From NCBI RefSeq assembly GCF_009914755.1, contig NC_060932.1: 64,000 nucleotides of DNA; one strand, 5' to 3'. Below, one piece after another: positions 1 through 14,960 of this stretch; the first letter of the stretch is position 1, and each line of letters begins with the position of its first letter. Both the position numbers and the translations under genes were made by a program. The DNA comes from the human T2T-CHM13v2.0 reference genome, Homo sapiens. The notes beneath the pieces are model-generated. The model was not told the DNA's origin and ran no database searches. It worked only from the letters and a program-made list of their open reading frames with translations.

Positions 1-2084
1 GGTCTTGTTACCTTCTCTAAGTGGAAGCCACTCAGTGTGATCTCTTGAGATTCTTATCAAGCTGAGGTTATGTGATTCTGAAACAGGTTCCCTCCTCCAG
101 GTGTTTTGTTAGGCAAAACTTTTAAAAAAGAAGTCCAAAGGACATATCTATAATACTGAATCATGAATGAGTAAAGCTTTCAGAAAGAGATGAACATAGA
201 AACCTTGAGCTTACAAAAAGTCTCTCTGAGGATTTTCTTTTAATTAACTGTACACACTTCTTGCAGAGTACCCTCAACTGACCTTCCAGTAGAGTTCCAT
301 AGTCCTGTGACATAAGAGAAGTGCCCTGCTTCTTCATGTAAAGAGAACCACAAACACCTGTTCTTTGGTAGATTCACCACAGAGAATCACTTCTTGAAGG
401 TCAATTATATTGCTAAGTCAGTCTAAAGATTTTCCGCCTGGGAAAGTACAGCAATGGCATCTGTTCATTCTTCAGCGTAGATCAACCCTTTACCCATGAT
501 TTTTCAATATTTAAACAAACAGCTCAAACAAAGCTGTGCTTCAGTGTTAACCTTGTGAACTTAAAAGCCTGCACCTGTACAATTAGTAATTAACATGTTC
601 AGTAACAAAGCTGGAAGGTAACAAGTGACATTCACACCTCTTAATTGGTGCGATTAGCAGTCCTTTTGTTGTCAACCATTAGCAGCTCTCTCCAAGTGTG
701 AAATGCCACAGGTAGAGGGACATTGGCAATGGGTGGGGTAAAGGAGGGAAGGTGAGAGTGAAAAAAGTTTATAAAGCAGGTTAGACTTATCTAGAGGAAA
801 GAAAACAGATGGTTACTTCAGAAAACTGGCTAAAACTGTCAAAGGAGTAGAAGCATCAGTGATTGTATCTCTTTTTATTCTTTGCTGCTGATGCGAATGA
901 GTCTTGAAGTTTTAAAAACTCTAGTACCCCTCATCGCATTGCAATATGGGGAGACCCCACTTTCAGCAAAATTAATTATGAATGTGAAAATCTATATCAA
1001 TGTTTTTAAAAATGAAGGTATGTCTGTGGAGTTTTGCTTTCTTGACAATATACCATAAGGATTACTATGATATTCTAGATGACAAATATACTTGGGCTTT
1101 AAAAACAGATTCCAATTATATAGGAATTTTCAGGAATATATGAAGCAAGATGCACTTCTTGTTTTTTCTTGTTTATTTCTTGTTTAATCCTCTTCTTTAA
1201 TCCTCTTTTCTCTTTTTCAAAAAAGCAGTAGCAGGCTCCCCTCCATATGGATGAGAAAATTTCTTTTGTATCCAGCGTTGCAACCTCTCATCAATCAATA
1301 ACAAACCTCCCAGAAGGCATGACCCTGTGTTAGCATCCTTTCATTTTTTCAGATTTTAGCTTCCACACTTGGCTTTTCTATATTTTCCTGATATATTTGT
1401 CTTCTCTTCTTAAAGATATGGCTTCATGTTGACAATGCAGAGATATTGCTATTCCTGTACAAACTAAAGGTGTCAATATTTCTTTATAATGGGAAAGGTC
1501 ATTGAGTTATCATTCTAGGACAAAAATTAGATAGAACATATTTGTGAGCTCCATGATGGCAAGAATTATGTCTCCTCCATCAATATATTACCAACTTCTA
1601 GCCCAAATATATACTCAATAAATAGTTATTACATATGAAATGTGAACGCTAATGTCAATGAGATTTTCCTCCCCAAGTTTCTGTTAACATTACTTTGGTC
1701 TTTACACAATTCTCCTGGGGTATTTGCAATGCTATTTGAGTTTTCTGTATTGCTGAGATTATTATTTTCCTTTTGGAAGAGACTGTCTTTATGTTAATAT
1801 ATTATTTCCTTTGACATGTTTTCCACTTTTACTTGATGGATTGGCTCCCTATCACCCGGCCTTTTCATTCACTGAATTCAGCTTTATACTAATGACTTCA
1901 CAGTTTTACAGATCATTTTGAATCCTTCAACCCCATCTTACCTCTTGCTTATCTTTCATCCACATTTCCTATATTACATTCTCATTCTAAACTACTTTTC
2001 TATTATCTATGTATGCCAGACCTTAGGAGCTTAACACCTATTTTATTTTACCCTTCATTTTTTGTAGCTTAGGAATTTGAGAAG

Positions 2085-2430
2085 GGATCATCTTGATCCA
2101 CATGGCCTCACCTGAAATGGGTGGGATGAAGGATCCATTTCTAAGATGGCTTCCTCATGCATGTGGTCTCTTGCTCGACACAATGAATCTCTTCCTCCAG
2201 GGCCTCTGCACATGGCTTGGGCTTCCCATAGCATGGTGTTTGCAGGACCGTTGCATTTCCTACAGAGCATCTGGTTTCTCCCAGGTGAGCCTTCCAAAAG
2301 CAAGCATTACAAGAGACCCAAGTGGAAGCTGCAAAGCTTCATACTCATTGCTTAAGCAAATCCCTAAGGCCATCTCGGATTCAAGAGGGAGGGGGAGGAC
2401 TAGACTCCACGTCTCCATTGGAAAATGGTG
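2085..2430 (-). mobile_element. MaLR LTR relic (MLT1F/G/H-like)
   Basis: Motifs CAAGATGGCTTCCTCA-like, GGCTTGGGCTTCCCATAGCATGG, GGAAGCTGCAAAGC and GATTCAAGAGGGAGGG...TAGACTCCAC resemble old MLT1 LTRs in antisense. Boundaries approximate. Confidence 0.6.
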
Positions 2431-3212
2431 GGCCCCATATGAGGAGGGAAGGACTCAGTGGCAATTATCTTGATGACAAACTGCCATACCTACCATTTTC
2501 ATTTTAATATTTTCTTTTTCTTCCCTACTTAAAATTTTTATAGTTGCCTACCTAATATATAGGTTGTTAATGCATACAAGTTTGTGCCAAGACTATGTTC
2601 AAGCATGGTAAGTGTCCCTACTAGGTCATCTCCATGTGAAACTATTTAAAGAGCACCAGGAGGCCCTGATATTCCAAAGTCATCTCCCTTAACTAGGCTC
2701 TCCATTCACTCATTTGAGTCACTAAAAGATTTCTGGGGGAAATAAGCTCTCATGTGACTTGGGAGAGAGGCATGACCAATCAACCATGAGTACTTCTCAA
2801 TCCAGAACTGTACATTGGTTTATTAAGATAAGTTTTTGTTTTCCCCTGTGGGTAAATAGAGCATGAAGTGGGAAAAATGGTGCTGGAGCAGTGAGTGCCC
2901 CTTGGAGTGGGCAGAGCTGGGTGTGACACTGAACCCCTGGGATGGTGGCAGGGTGCCATGTGCATCAGTCTGGAAGGAGAAGAGATCTGGAGAGGGTCAT
3001 AGTTGGGGGTCAGTATAGGTGAAGGTGTGTGGGTGATACAATAATATAAAATATTTAGCTGCCTGATGCAAAGAATGTATATCACCTATTATCTCTATTT
3101 TCTCCAAAGAACACAAATAATTTCAGAGCTTCCCCTCTGTATATATAAAGAGAGAAGCTATCTTGGAGTTAAACTCCCACACCTACCTTTCTAATTTTAT
3201 TTTTTTTGCAAT

Positions 3213-3257
3213 ATATACATGATATATGTGTATGCATATATGCATATGTGTATGTGC

Positions 3258-3288
<31 letters not shown>

Positions 3289-3314
3289 TACATACACACA
3301 CACACACACACACA
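3213..3314. repeat. Compound (TA)n/(CA)n microsatellite
   Basis: Degenerate TATG units, then about (TA)10, then a CA-repeat tract. Confidence 0.95.
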
Positions 3315-3559
3315 TTACATAAGAAACTAGAGTAGTCAGACGATTCCATTCGCATACTTCTAGTTGATTTATCTCCTAGGCAGTTTGTACCCGAGCTGCT
3401 GAGAATTGGTTTTAAATTGTGAAGCTGGTCACTGACCAGTCATTTAGATTACTACAGCAATTAATTTTGACCCCACTATCATTACCATACTTTGTCTAGT
3501 TCCTCCTCCTAGCAAAGACTTCTAGTTTAGTTATCTTTTGATAGACATTCAGCTCTTCT

Positions 3560-3995
3560 TTGTTAGTTATAGACCCTCCCATTATTAGCTAAAGTAATGC
3601 CACCTAGAATAATGAGTCTATTTTTTAGCCTCCCTTGCTGCCATGTAAATATATTCCTTCTACTTGTATGCAAGCAGAAATGTCACATATGAATTCCAAG
3701 AAGCCCTTAAAGAGGTGCAGTTGTCTGCATTCTTTCCTCTTTTCCCTGGTATTTGAGGAAATGATGTCTTGGGCTCTCCCCGCCATCTTAAATCATGAGA
3801 TGGAAGTCACGGCGTGGACAGCAGAGCTATAAGGTAGAAGGAGCCTCAGTTCCTGATGGCGAGGACTTTGTGAACCTGCTTTACCAACTCCCAGCTCTGT
3901 GCTACAGATTATATTTCTTTACCCAGGAGATAAACTTCTATTTTTATAGACATTGTTATTTAGATTTTTTATCATTTTTAGTGAAATCTAATTCT
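3560..3995 (+). mobile_element. MaLR LTR relic (MLT1J-like)
   Basis: GCCATCTTAAATCATGAGATGGAAG, GGAGCCTCAGTTCCTGATG and GAGATAAACTTCTATTTT match MLT1J-type 3' motifs. Confidence 0.65.
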
Positions 3996-4609
3996 GACAC
4001 ACCTCTCTGCTGGTGAGGTTGGAGAATTTAGTCAGGTTAAAACAACCAACTTGGTTTAAACCACCCTTCCAACATGCACAGTATATAAACTTGCAAAGGC
4101 TAATTAAATTTCACTAGGGCAGATCTTTATAAAAAGAATAAGTAACATATGTATATATCACATCTGAATTTAAATACAGTATTTAACTGTCCTAGATTTT
4201 GCAATGTATTCATAGCTGCGAGGGGGGATAAGAAACTACTTCATAATCCGTTGAATCCTTGTAAATTCTGTTTAAATGTGTTTTTAAAATGTGATTTTTT
4301 TGTGTGCTACCATTGGTGATGATGGGGAGTTCTGTATTGTAAAATATTCCTCATTGCTCTTGAGAATGAGCTGAGGAGACACAGTCAGTGCCGTGGCAGC
4401 CCCTCCTGGGTTAGAGCGTGGTGCTTTGAGAAAGGATACTCAGTTATAAAAGCCAATGGATTCTTTTTCTGAAATGGCTGCCAAACACCCCTGCTTTTGT
4501 TTAGTGTTCATTATATCTCAAAGTTTCCTTTCTCTTTTCCTTCCACCAAGCCTACCCAGCCCAGTCTGCATCCTTCCAGTACCTGTCAGAGCTAACTCTT
4601 CAAAAACAG

Positions 4610-5035
4610 CATCCTATCATGCCCTGTCACTAGGTAGAAACTTCGGTGGATTTCTTCTTGCTTCTAGTTTGGCATAAAATGGCCTTCACTTTTTCTTCCA
4701 TGTACTTTCCCAGTCCTTTATCTCACTTGCTTTCTGTTTATACATGATGAAATTCCCACCTTTTCCCAAACATGCTGTGCCTTTTACAACTCGGCATTTC
4801 GAACAGGCTCTGCTCTCTGCTTGAAATGCTTCCCTGACCCTGAACTTCCTCTTCAGAACTTTCAGGATGTATCTCATGGGGCAGTAGCACTCAAAAGCTT
4901 TTGCCATTACTACAGTTGCAGTTAATCACTTCCTCCTTTGTGTGGATTCTGCTTTTAGTCGGTCACAGCACTTACTGGGTGATATTATAATTGTTCTGTT
5001 TTCAAGTCTGATTCGTCCTAATATGTGAGACATTG
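4610..5035 (+). mobile_element. L2 LINE 3' region relic
   Basis: GCTCTGCTCTCTGCTTGAAATGCTTCCC and the following AAAGCTTTT...CACTTCCTCCTTTGTG pattern resemble the L2 3' region. Confidence 0.55.
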
Positions 5036-5334
5036 CAGCCCACCCTGGTATGCTGTTCAATGTCCATAACCAACTGGGAACTCCCTGTGTCTTATGGAAT
5101 GGAGAGCTAGATCCATGACTGAGACAAGACTATCTTGACAAAAACTAATTTGTATCTAAATTTAGTCCTTAGAGTTGTATGAAAAACAGTAGGACCTAGA
5201 TACTTCCAGTTCTCTGGAGAAGATATTCATGGGCGTATACAAGAATCTGCATAGCTATCCTATCTAGCCATCATAGCTTTCTTCCCACCTTGAAGAGAAA
5301 TACATTTCTTAGAACTGGATTTTCTTAGAATCAG

Positions 5335-5505
5335 AATTATGGAATCATAGAATTGTAGAGCTAAAAGGGACCTGAAAGATAATATTGACTACAGCTTCAT
5401 AATGAGAAAACTAATCCCAGAAAAGCTAAAAGATTTGTCAAAGGACACCCACCTAGTTAGTGTCAGTCAGATCTGAAATCCTGGTCTCCTGACTCCAGTG
5501 TTCTT
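5335..5505 (-). mobile_element. MIR/MIR3 SINE relic
   Basis: AATGAGAAAACTAATCCCAGAAAAGCTAAAAGATTTGTCAAAGGACAC...TCTCCTGACTCCAG is a MIR core in antisense. Confidence 0.7.
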
Positions 5506-6029
5506 CAAATATTTGAGCCCTAAGTCCTTGGTTAAGGGGCATCCAATAGCTGTGAAGCACTGAAATTTTAATATTAAGTTAAATCAGAGCTGAACCACAC
5601 ATACACCTAAGGGTTTCAGCGGCAAGTTAAACAGATGAGAGAAGATAAGTCAGATTGTTTGATGAAAATGTTAAAATCAGAGACCTTGAGAGTTTAAAAG
5701 TCCCTTATATAGCATCCAGTCCAAGCACCTAGTTTTCATAAATAAAAATTACTAACAAGTGAAATAATTTTCTCCATCTGAGTCATAAAGCCAAAGACAG
5801 AGACAAAAGTAAAACCTTGACTACAGCTGTGAAATGGACTCCACAGGACTCCTGTGGATAAAGTAGGATCCTAGAGAGAGCAGTAACTCTTGTTTGAAGC
5901 ATATGAAGCCATAGTTGGTCAAATAATTAAAAAATCAGCTCAGTAGAAAGTGATTTTTTAAAGGATGTATACATACTACAATTTTTTCATTTTAATCTTA
6001 AACACATAAATGTACAGTTATTTTCCACT

Positions 6030-6484
<455 letters not shown>

Positions 6485-7469
6485 ATGGCTCTGCTGATGC
6501 AAGATGAGGAAACACACACAAATTGTATTGTTTATGATTCATAGTTTGTGCCTTTAAAGTGAAATAACGTTTTGTAGACATTTGGAAAGCAACATGTGTG
6601 AATTCTTCCTAATTTGTTTCCCAATTCTTTTTATAATGTCTGCCTTGCAACCAATTTGAAATTAATTTTTTATGTGGTTCACCTTTTCTGATTCTTCTAA
6701 AATATTGGTTTTAGGTTTTATAGCTACAATTCTCTTTCTTTTTGTACTCCAATGTTACTGGCTTACATAACATTTATTTAAATTACACCATTACAATAAC
6801 AAGGACTTTAAGCAACTTTGAGGAGAAACATGACTTTGCAGAAATCGCTCCATTGTTGGACACAAAGGTGACCAGGTTGTTGACAAGTGGCCTGAGGGTC
6901 CTCATTGTGCCGTGCAATAAATGAGAAGTTGCCATATCTGGTAGAGTGTGTTAGTAAAGTTGGTTTAGGGGAGCTTCTGCTGTTTAAAGTGCCCTGTGTA
7001 CTCGAAGGCACTATACAGATATGAGACATCGTTATTTTTGTTTGTATAATAGTTCAGGGCCTGGGGCTAGGACATGCAAACAGACATTCATGATGGTATA
7101 GGGGAGATGCATAGCAGAAAACAAGCAGCCTATAAACTAGCCTGATGACAAGGGAAAGTCAGAAAAATTTGAAAAAATGTTCTGCTGAAGCCTAGATAAA
7201 ATCTAAAAGCATATTAAGTTGGTTAATAGTATAAGTTTCAATCAAAAAAGTTTTCAATTATAGTCAAGGACTTGCTTCCTTTATTAATCTGCTTTTAAGC
7301 CCATCCAATGCCTCTCTAAAAATTTAGGTTTAGTTGTCTAATGAAAAAGCTATTTTTTAAAATATTTAATTGTCAGGAAAAAGTATATTGATCCCTTCTT
7401 TCAGATGACCTCTCTTTAGGAAACTTGGCTGCTTGGGTCATTAAACTGTAAATGTATCCTTGTGAAAGC

Positions 7470-7766
7470 TTTTTTTTTTTTTTTTTTTGAGACAGAGTCT
7501 CGCTCTGTTGCCAAGTCGGAGTGCAGTGGTGCAATCTTGGCTCACTGCATCCTCCACCTCCTGGGTTCAAGCAATTGTCCTTCTCAGCCTCCCAAGTAGC
7601 TGGGATTACAGGCGTGTACCACCACACCCAGCTAATTTTTGTATTTTTAGTAGAGATGGGGTTTCACCATGTTGGCCAGGATGGTCTCGATTTCTTGACC
7701 TCGTGATCTGCCCGCCTTGGCCTCCCAAAGTGCTGGGATTACAGGCACGAGCCACTGTGCCTGGCC
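7470..7766 (-). mobile_element. Alu (AluSc-like), full length
   Basis: Poly(T) plus a complete antisense dimer. Target-site duplication (TSD) GTGAAAGC at 7462-7469 and 7767-7774. Confidence 0.97.
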
Positions 7767-7957
7767 GTGAAAGCATATTTTTACTCAGGCTGAGTAGTGT
7801 AGGGTAAAGGACAGTTGCTAATATTCTGAGATTGCAAACACATGTGTAAAATGTGGCAGAACATGCAACACAAGAAAAGTGCTAAATCTTGAATTGCAGG
7901 GCCTTCCCATATGTGTTATTTTGCCCTGAATAATAATAATAACTATTGTTATTATCA

Positions 7958-8168
7958 TTATTAAGACAGGGGTCTTGCTCTGTTGCTCAGGCTGGAGTGC
8001 AATGGCACAATTATAGCTCACTGTGACCTCTAACTCCTGGGCTCAAACGATCCTTCCACCTCAGCCTCCCGAGTAGCTGGGAGTACAGGCATGCACCACG
8101 CCCAGTTAATTTTTTAAATTTTTTGTAGCAATCGAGCCTTGCTGTGTTGCCTAGGCTAGTATCGAACT
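7958..8168 (-). mobile_element. AluJ fragment (5'-truncated)
   Basis: Antisense right arm with J-type CTCCTGGGCTCAAACGATCCT, plus part of the left arm. Confidence 0.9.
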
Positions 8169-8352
8169 ACTTTGCCCTTGAATTCTATTGTCTTTTACTA
8201 GTTAGTCAGTAACTGTCTCTGTATATTAGCTTGTTGAAGGAGGGTAAGAGAGGTTAAATGTTCAGTATCAAATTCTGGACATAGAGTGTACTTGTGGCCA
8301 AAGGCATGGATTTCCTTATCCCTGCCCAAAGTGGAAGCAAGTGAATACCCTC

Positions 8353-9060
<708 letters not shown>

Positions 9061-9337
9061 TTCTCTCTGGAGAAAGGCGTAAACATTCTATGCCTCATAC
9101 TAATCCTCCAAATAATTTTGAACTATAATAACCAGTATATAGTCAAATTTAACCAGGTACTTAATAATAATAATAGTCATAAAAATCATGGGGAGTGACA
9201 GAAGATGTAACAAGCAAAGAAAATTAATAAAAATTGGTGAAGTTTGTTATTAGCTCTGACTAGAAGCAGCATCACCAGTAAAAATAAACTGTCATCTGTA
9301 ACTGTGAACATGGAGAGATGGGAAGCAGAGGAAAGAT

Positions 9338-9341
9338 TTAC

Positions 9342-9372
<31 letters not shown>

Positions 9373-9676
9373 AAGACAAAAGCAGAGAGGAATACAAAAG
9401 TATAAAGAGCACATGCAGTCCCCTGTAGGTAAGCATGTTTATCAGGTAAGAAGAAATGTGTTCAAAAAGTCAGACTTCCAAAGAATGGCTTTTTATCATA
9501 CCTCAAACATCTGAGCACCCTTTAGCTTACCTTTGGTGCTAGGAATGAACCAAATCGTATCCTATTGTGGTGCTAGTTTAGAGAGAAAGTTGGGCATGGA
9601 AAACAAAGTTCATTTGTCCAGTAGGATGTCTGTTTTATTGTGAGCATTTAAATAAAGTACAAGTACCTACTTTCAT
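9338..9676 (+). repeat. Dispersed direct duplication, copy 1 (TTAC-A29-306-bp core)
   Basis: Core 9371-9676 matches 12219-12524 except A9397 versus G12245. Confidence 0.98.
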
Positions 9677-10213
9677 TCAATGCTACCTGTGTCAAGAAAA
9701 AAAACTGGACTAAAATGTTGAATACATTTGCCCCATGTATGCAATAAATACTAAACAAGAAGTAAAGTGCCTCTAAAAGTTCCAAAGATTCCACAATTCT
9801 TCTTACACATCAAGTTGCCTTTTTCTTGCTTGAGAATCATTAAAACTTATCTTTCCACCAATTATTCAGTAATTTTATGGATAGTTTAATTGACCAAAGC
9901 TTTTAATTTCCCATTTCAATAGCAATATTTCCGTGATGTATGGTATACAGTTCCATGTATTAGCAAATGGAACTTACTGAACTTAAGATCAGCTGTGTTA
10001 GATAGGCAGATGGTTTGGGACATCAAGTTGACTAGTAAACATCCATGGTGAATCTTAGAGTGAATTCTGTTCATTTATCTTTTTCTTTGTAGAATATGCT
10101 GTTGCAGAGCCTCCCATATCCTATAATTACAAAAGTATTATTAAATTAAAGCTGTGAAAATATTGTTTATTGTTTTGCCTTCAGTGAAACTGTCATCAGC
10201 TCTAACCTATTTT

Positions 10214-10522
10214 TTTTAACTTTTATTTTAAATTCAGGGATACATGTGCAGGCTTATTACATAGGTAAACTTGTGTCTCATGTTACTTGTTATACAGGTA
10301 AACTTGAGGGTGTGCTGTACAGATGATTTTGTCACCCAGATATTAAGCCTAGCATCCATTAGTTATTTTTCCTGCTCCTCTTCCCCTTCCCACCCTCCAC
10401 CCTCCAACAGGCCCCAGTGTTTGAGGAATGCATGTTGTTTCCCTCTATCTGTCCATGTGTTCTCATCATTTAGCTCCCATGTAGAAGTGAGAACATATGG
10501 TATTTGGTTTTCTGTTCCTGTG
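10214..10522 (-). mobile_element. L1 3' end (older L1PA type), 5'-truncated
   Basis: Antisense L1PA 3' UTR (ATACATGTGCAGG...ACATAGGTAAAC...GTGAGAACATATGGTATTTGGTTTTCTG). 16-bp TSD AGCTCTAACCTATTTT at 10198-10213 and 10523-10538. Confidence 0.93.
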
Positions 10523-10603
10523 AGCTCTAACCTATTTTCTAATTCAATAGCTTTATATTCATAAGGAAATATTATCATCTTCTCAAACTTTATAATATTG
10601 CTA

Positions 10604-11299
<696 letters not shown>

Positions 11300-12198
11300 T
11301 CCATCACTGGTACTTTTCTTCAACATCTGATATATCAGTCAGGATTAAAGTAACTTAAATTTTTAAAAAGGAGTTTACTGACTCATAAATTTGAAGAATC
11401 TAAAATTGAATATAGCATGGCTGGACCCAGGAATTCAAATGATGTTATCAGGTCTCTGTCTCACCATCTTGTTAATTAAGTCTTCTTTTCACTCATTGGC
11501 TTTATCCTTTCCTGCCTTAGACAAATGGTATACCACCTAAGCACCCCCCAAATACGCAGTACTCATAAGAAGGCAATGGTTTTGTTTTGCTTTTTACTTT
11601 TTTCCAAGGGTTTTCCGTCTAAGAATTGCATCTTATTATGTTGATACCGTGGCTTCTAAGCCAGATATTATTCAGACAAAAGACTGTTAAATAATTGCCC
11701 AATAAGTATTTTGATTTTGGTCACCTCTATGCTGTACAACAAGGAAGAGAAGTGTGTTCATTTGCTTAGTAAAAGGGATTTTCTATGGCTATATCTTTTT
11801 GATGCAAAATATCTAAAAGAAAACAAAGAAACAAAACAAAAACCCTCAAGATAACCAAACAACCCAGCAATCTCAGTGGCTAGGCTTTGAAACCAAAATA
11901 CCCATTCATTGATTGAGTTTTCAATTTTAGTAAAGGCATTGCAGTTTCATGTGGGCAGAACTCAAAATGCACTTACAAAAAACAAGTAACTAATTGTATG
12001 AAAAGGAAGACTTAGCTTGATGGTGATTGGGATCCCAGACCAAAAATGCAAACTCAACCAAGTAAGAAGTACTTTACAATGGATAGTGATAAAGAGTTGT
12101 ACTTTTAAGATGCTAGAAAATTATGGCAATATTGATAAATGTAATTCAGTCTCAAAGAGTATTTTATAAATTTGATAGTTTTTTAAATCCTGTCAAAA

Positions 12199-12524
12199 TT
12201 ACAAAAAAAAAAAAAAAAGAAAGACAAAAGCAGAGAGGAATACAGAAGTATAAAGAGCACATGCAGTCCCCTGTAGGTAAGCATGTTTATCAGGTAAGAA
12301 GAAATGTGTTCAAAAAGTCAGACTTCCAAAGAATGGCTTTTTATCATACCTCAAACATCTGAGCACCCTTTAGCTTACCTTTGGTGCTAGGAATGAACCA
12401 AATCGTATCCTATTGTGGTGCTAGTTTAGAGAGAAAGTTGGGCATGGAAAACAAAGTTCATTTGTCCAGTAGGATGTCTGTTTTATTGTGAGCATTTAAA
12501 TAAAGTACAAGTACCTACTTTCAT
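12199..12524 (+). repeat. Dispersed direct duplication, copy 2 (TTAC-A16-306-bp core)
   Basis: Second copy of 9338-9676, with a core offset of 2,848 bp. Confidence 0.98.
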
Positions 12525-13809
12525 AACAAACCACTTGAGAAGAAAACAAGAAATTGATTTACAAGAGTAATAGAATCTTAAAATCCTGGCTGTGAGTGAC
12601 ATGAAAACTTTTCCATAGCGGACTATCAACCTGAAATGAAAATAACATAGATATTCAGCTAAGTGCTATAAAGAATCACCTTTTTTTTTATTCTATTGCC
12701 TTTGACATAGCATGTTTTTACTAGGCAATATTTTAATCTCAACAGTTGAATTGATAAAATTCCAGTATCTATACCAACTTGGGAGCTGAAAGGATATCCA
12801 GTATGACAAAACATTTTATTTCTGCTCTGTTATTTGAATTAACAAATCTCAGGCAGGACCTTGGTATTTAAAATGAAAATTTGTGACATATTTCAATAAT
12901 AATTCTCACTTAGAAGCATTATAATAGCACTGTTTTACTAAATATTAAATCATCACACTGAAACAGTAATAATAGAAAACAAATAGAATAGAATCTATTC
13001 CTATGAATGTAAGTGACAAAACATTTCCTGCATTTATCTATTCAAATTTTACATAAGAGAAATGACACAGGAAATGTTGAACTGTGTGACTAAATTGCAG
13101 TGGTCTGAAAGGCCTGTTTCAAACACATAGCATCAACATTCATATCTACATATGTGATCTTGATATTTGCCTTGGTAATTGCTGAAAAAAGCAAAATCAG
13201 CAGTCCCTTAGTTCTAGGAATTTGGTCTTTGATACCAGGAAATAGCTTCAGCTCTGTTTAAATAAACATTAGGGAGATCTGTAAAAGATAAACACCAGTG
13301 ATGAGAATGTTACCCTAAGATCTCTTTCCACAGATTTCTTAAATGTACAGTTTATTTCCCTAGTCATGCTGTAATGAAGTATGGTCTGTCTTAGACTAAC
13401 CCTAAATTTTGTCACCTAGTACTGGAGGTTCGATTGTATCACATGCTTGGACAGACAAATGAATAAGCCGTCAAGGCTTTTCTGATGAGGCTAGGTCTTC
13501 TAATCACTCTCTTAGCGTCCTACACATCTCATTTGTAGTAAACATCATAGTTGTAATCATATGCCTATATATTTCTTGTTTATTAACTGTATCCCCTATT
13601 ATACCATAAATTTCTTGAATCCAGATGCCATATCTGACTATTCTTCTCCGTATATTTACTGCCTGGAAGTAGGTTCTAAATCAGAATAAAAATAAAAGAA
13701 ATATTAGTTAAATGGGTGAATAAGCAATTCTGAGTGACACTTTCCCAATTCTGCATAAATTTATATGACTTTTACAGTAGAAAAGTAGGAATGTAGAGAA
13801 AGTCAATGT

Positions 13810-13950
13810 ATGTTGCCTGTTGTTAAAATATAGGTTATTAGGCCCCACGAACATACTGATTAAGGAGGTTTGAAGTAGAACATCAGCATCTCTGTTTTTC
13901 AAAAACTCCTTTGGTGATATTTATAATGGAGCAAGTTTGGGAGCTACCAT
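13810..13950. mobile_element. MER5-like hAT-Charlie DNA transposon relic
   Basis: GGCCCCAC...CATCTCTGTTTTTCAAAAACTCC..GGTGAT...AAGTTTGGGAGCTAC resembles MER5A. Confidence 0.55.
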
Positions 13951-14349
13951 ATTAAGGGTTTGTATCACTTTAGATCCCTGATTCTAGAATGTTCCTCACT
14001 CTTCAGTGATTCAGGGAATCCTCATAATGCCCATGTTTTTGAAAAGAAAGGTTGATATTATTGTATTTCTTTGTTCTGCCCACTTGGACTTTCCTGATTT
14101 CACATTTGTAATTTTGACTACTTATGAGTGAACTTGTATCACTCCGGGTAGCACTTTGGATGAGGCATGAAATTTCATCTCATGAGTTGTGTGCTTAATC
14201 TTTGAGAAAGAAACTTTCAGCTAATGTGTGAGTCAACTCTAGCTGGCCATTCAACATCAACATCTACATGATATGACTGTTTTTACACTGCAGGCACTTC
14301 TAGGAAATTGTGTGTGTTTATAGTGTGCTCAAACACAGAGACTTATAGT

Positions 14350-14960
14350 GAGCATTTGTTGTTTTATTATTTCCAGCATCCTCCCATAGCCTGAAAACAG
14401 AACTCGAACTTTGCTTTGGAGGAACCATTTTTAATCACCTTTCATGATATATATAAGATTGACCTCATCCCCAAATTTTAAAGTGGGAATTGATTAGCTT
14501 AAGTCCTCTTGTGATCTCTCCGGCCAAATAATTGGTTGAAGACAGGACACAGAACCTAAACAGAGCCAATGAAACAGAGGAAATGTTTGTTTTGGCTTCT
14601 GGAAATAAAAAGCTTCTCTCTTCCATGGAGACTACCTAAAGAAATCTTCTTTCTTTTCCTTGCCAGTGAGACGTGAAGATGCAAGATCTAGAACTGCTAA
14701 GCCATTTTGAAACCCTGATGGCACCTGAAGACTGTCAGGGGTCCCTGTGTAGAGTCTGAGGATAAAATAAACACAAAAGATAAGAGTAACTGAGATAAAA
14801 ACTGGTCCTTGACGACATCACATGAGTTTTCAGGTTAAGTTTCAATTACAGCCAGTCTTGATTGCCCTTCACAGCTGTGTGATCTAGCAAATTTCTTCTG
14901 TTGTTTATGTCAGTTTGAGCTGGGGGTCTCTGTGATTTGAAACTTAAAGATTCCTAACAC
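14350..14960 (+). mobile_element. MaLR LTR relic (MLT1K-like)
   Basis: ATTGGTTGAAGACAGGACACAGAACCTAA..GAGCCAATGA, CTGCTAAGCCATTTTG and a 3' end CAGTTTGAGCTGGGG...AAAGATTCCTAACACA. Confidence 0.6.

Noticed and set aside
6742-7029. Overlapping short ORFs in a slightly GC-richer patch
   Set aside because: There is no convincing splice pair, codon bias or recognisable protein.
9338-9676. Processed pseudogene or L1 transduction as the origin of the duplication
   Set aside because: The A-tract is at the 5' end and present in both copies. There is no 3' poly(A) tail and no clear 7-20 bp TSD.
12123-12362. 79-aa ORF created across the junction of duplication copy 2
   Set aside because: It reads through a length-variable A-tract (poly-Lys), has no coding bias or homology I can see, and is likely chance.
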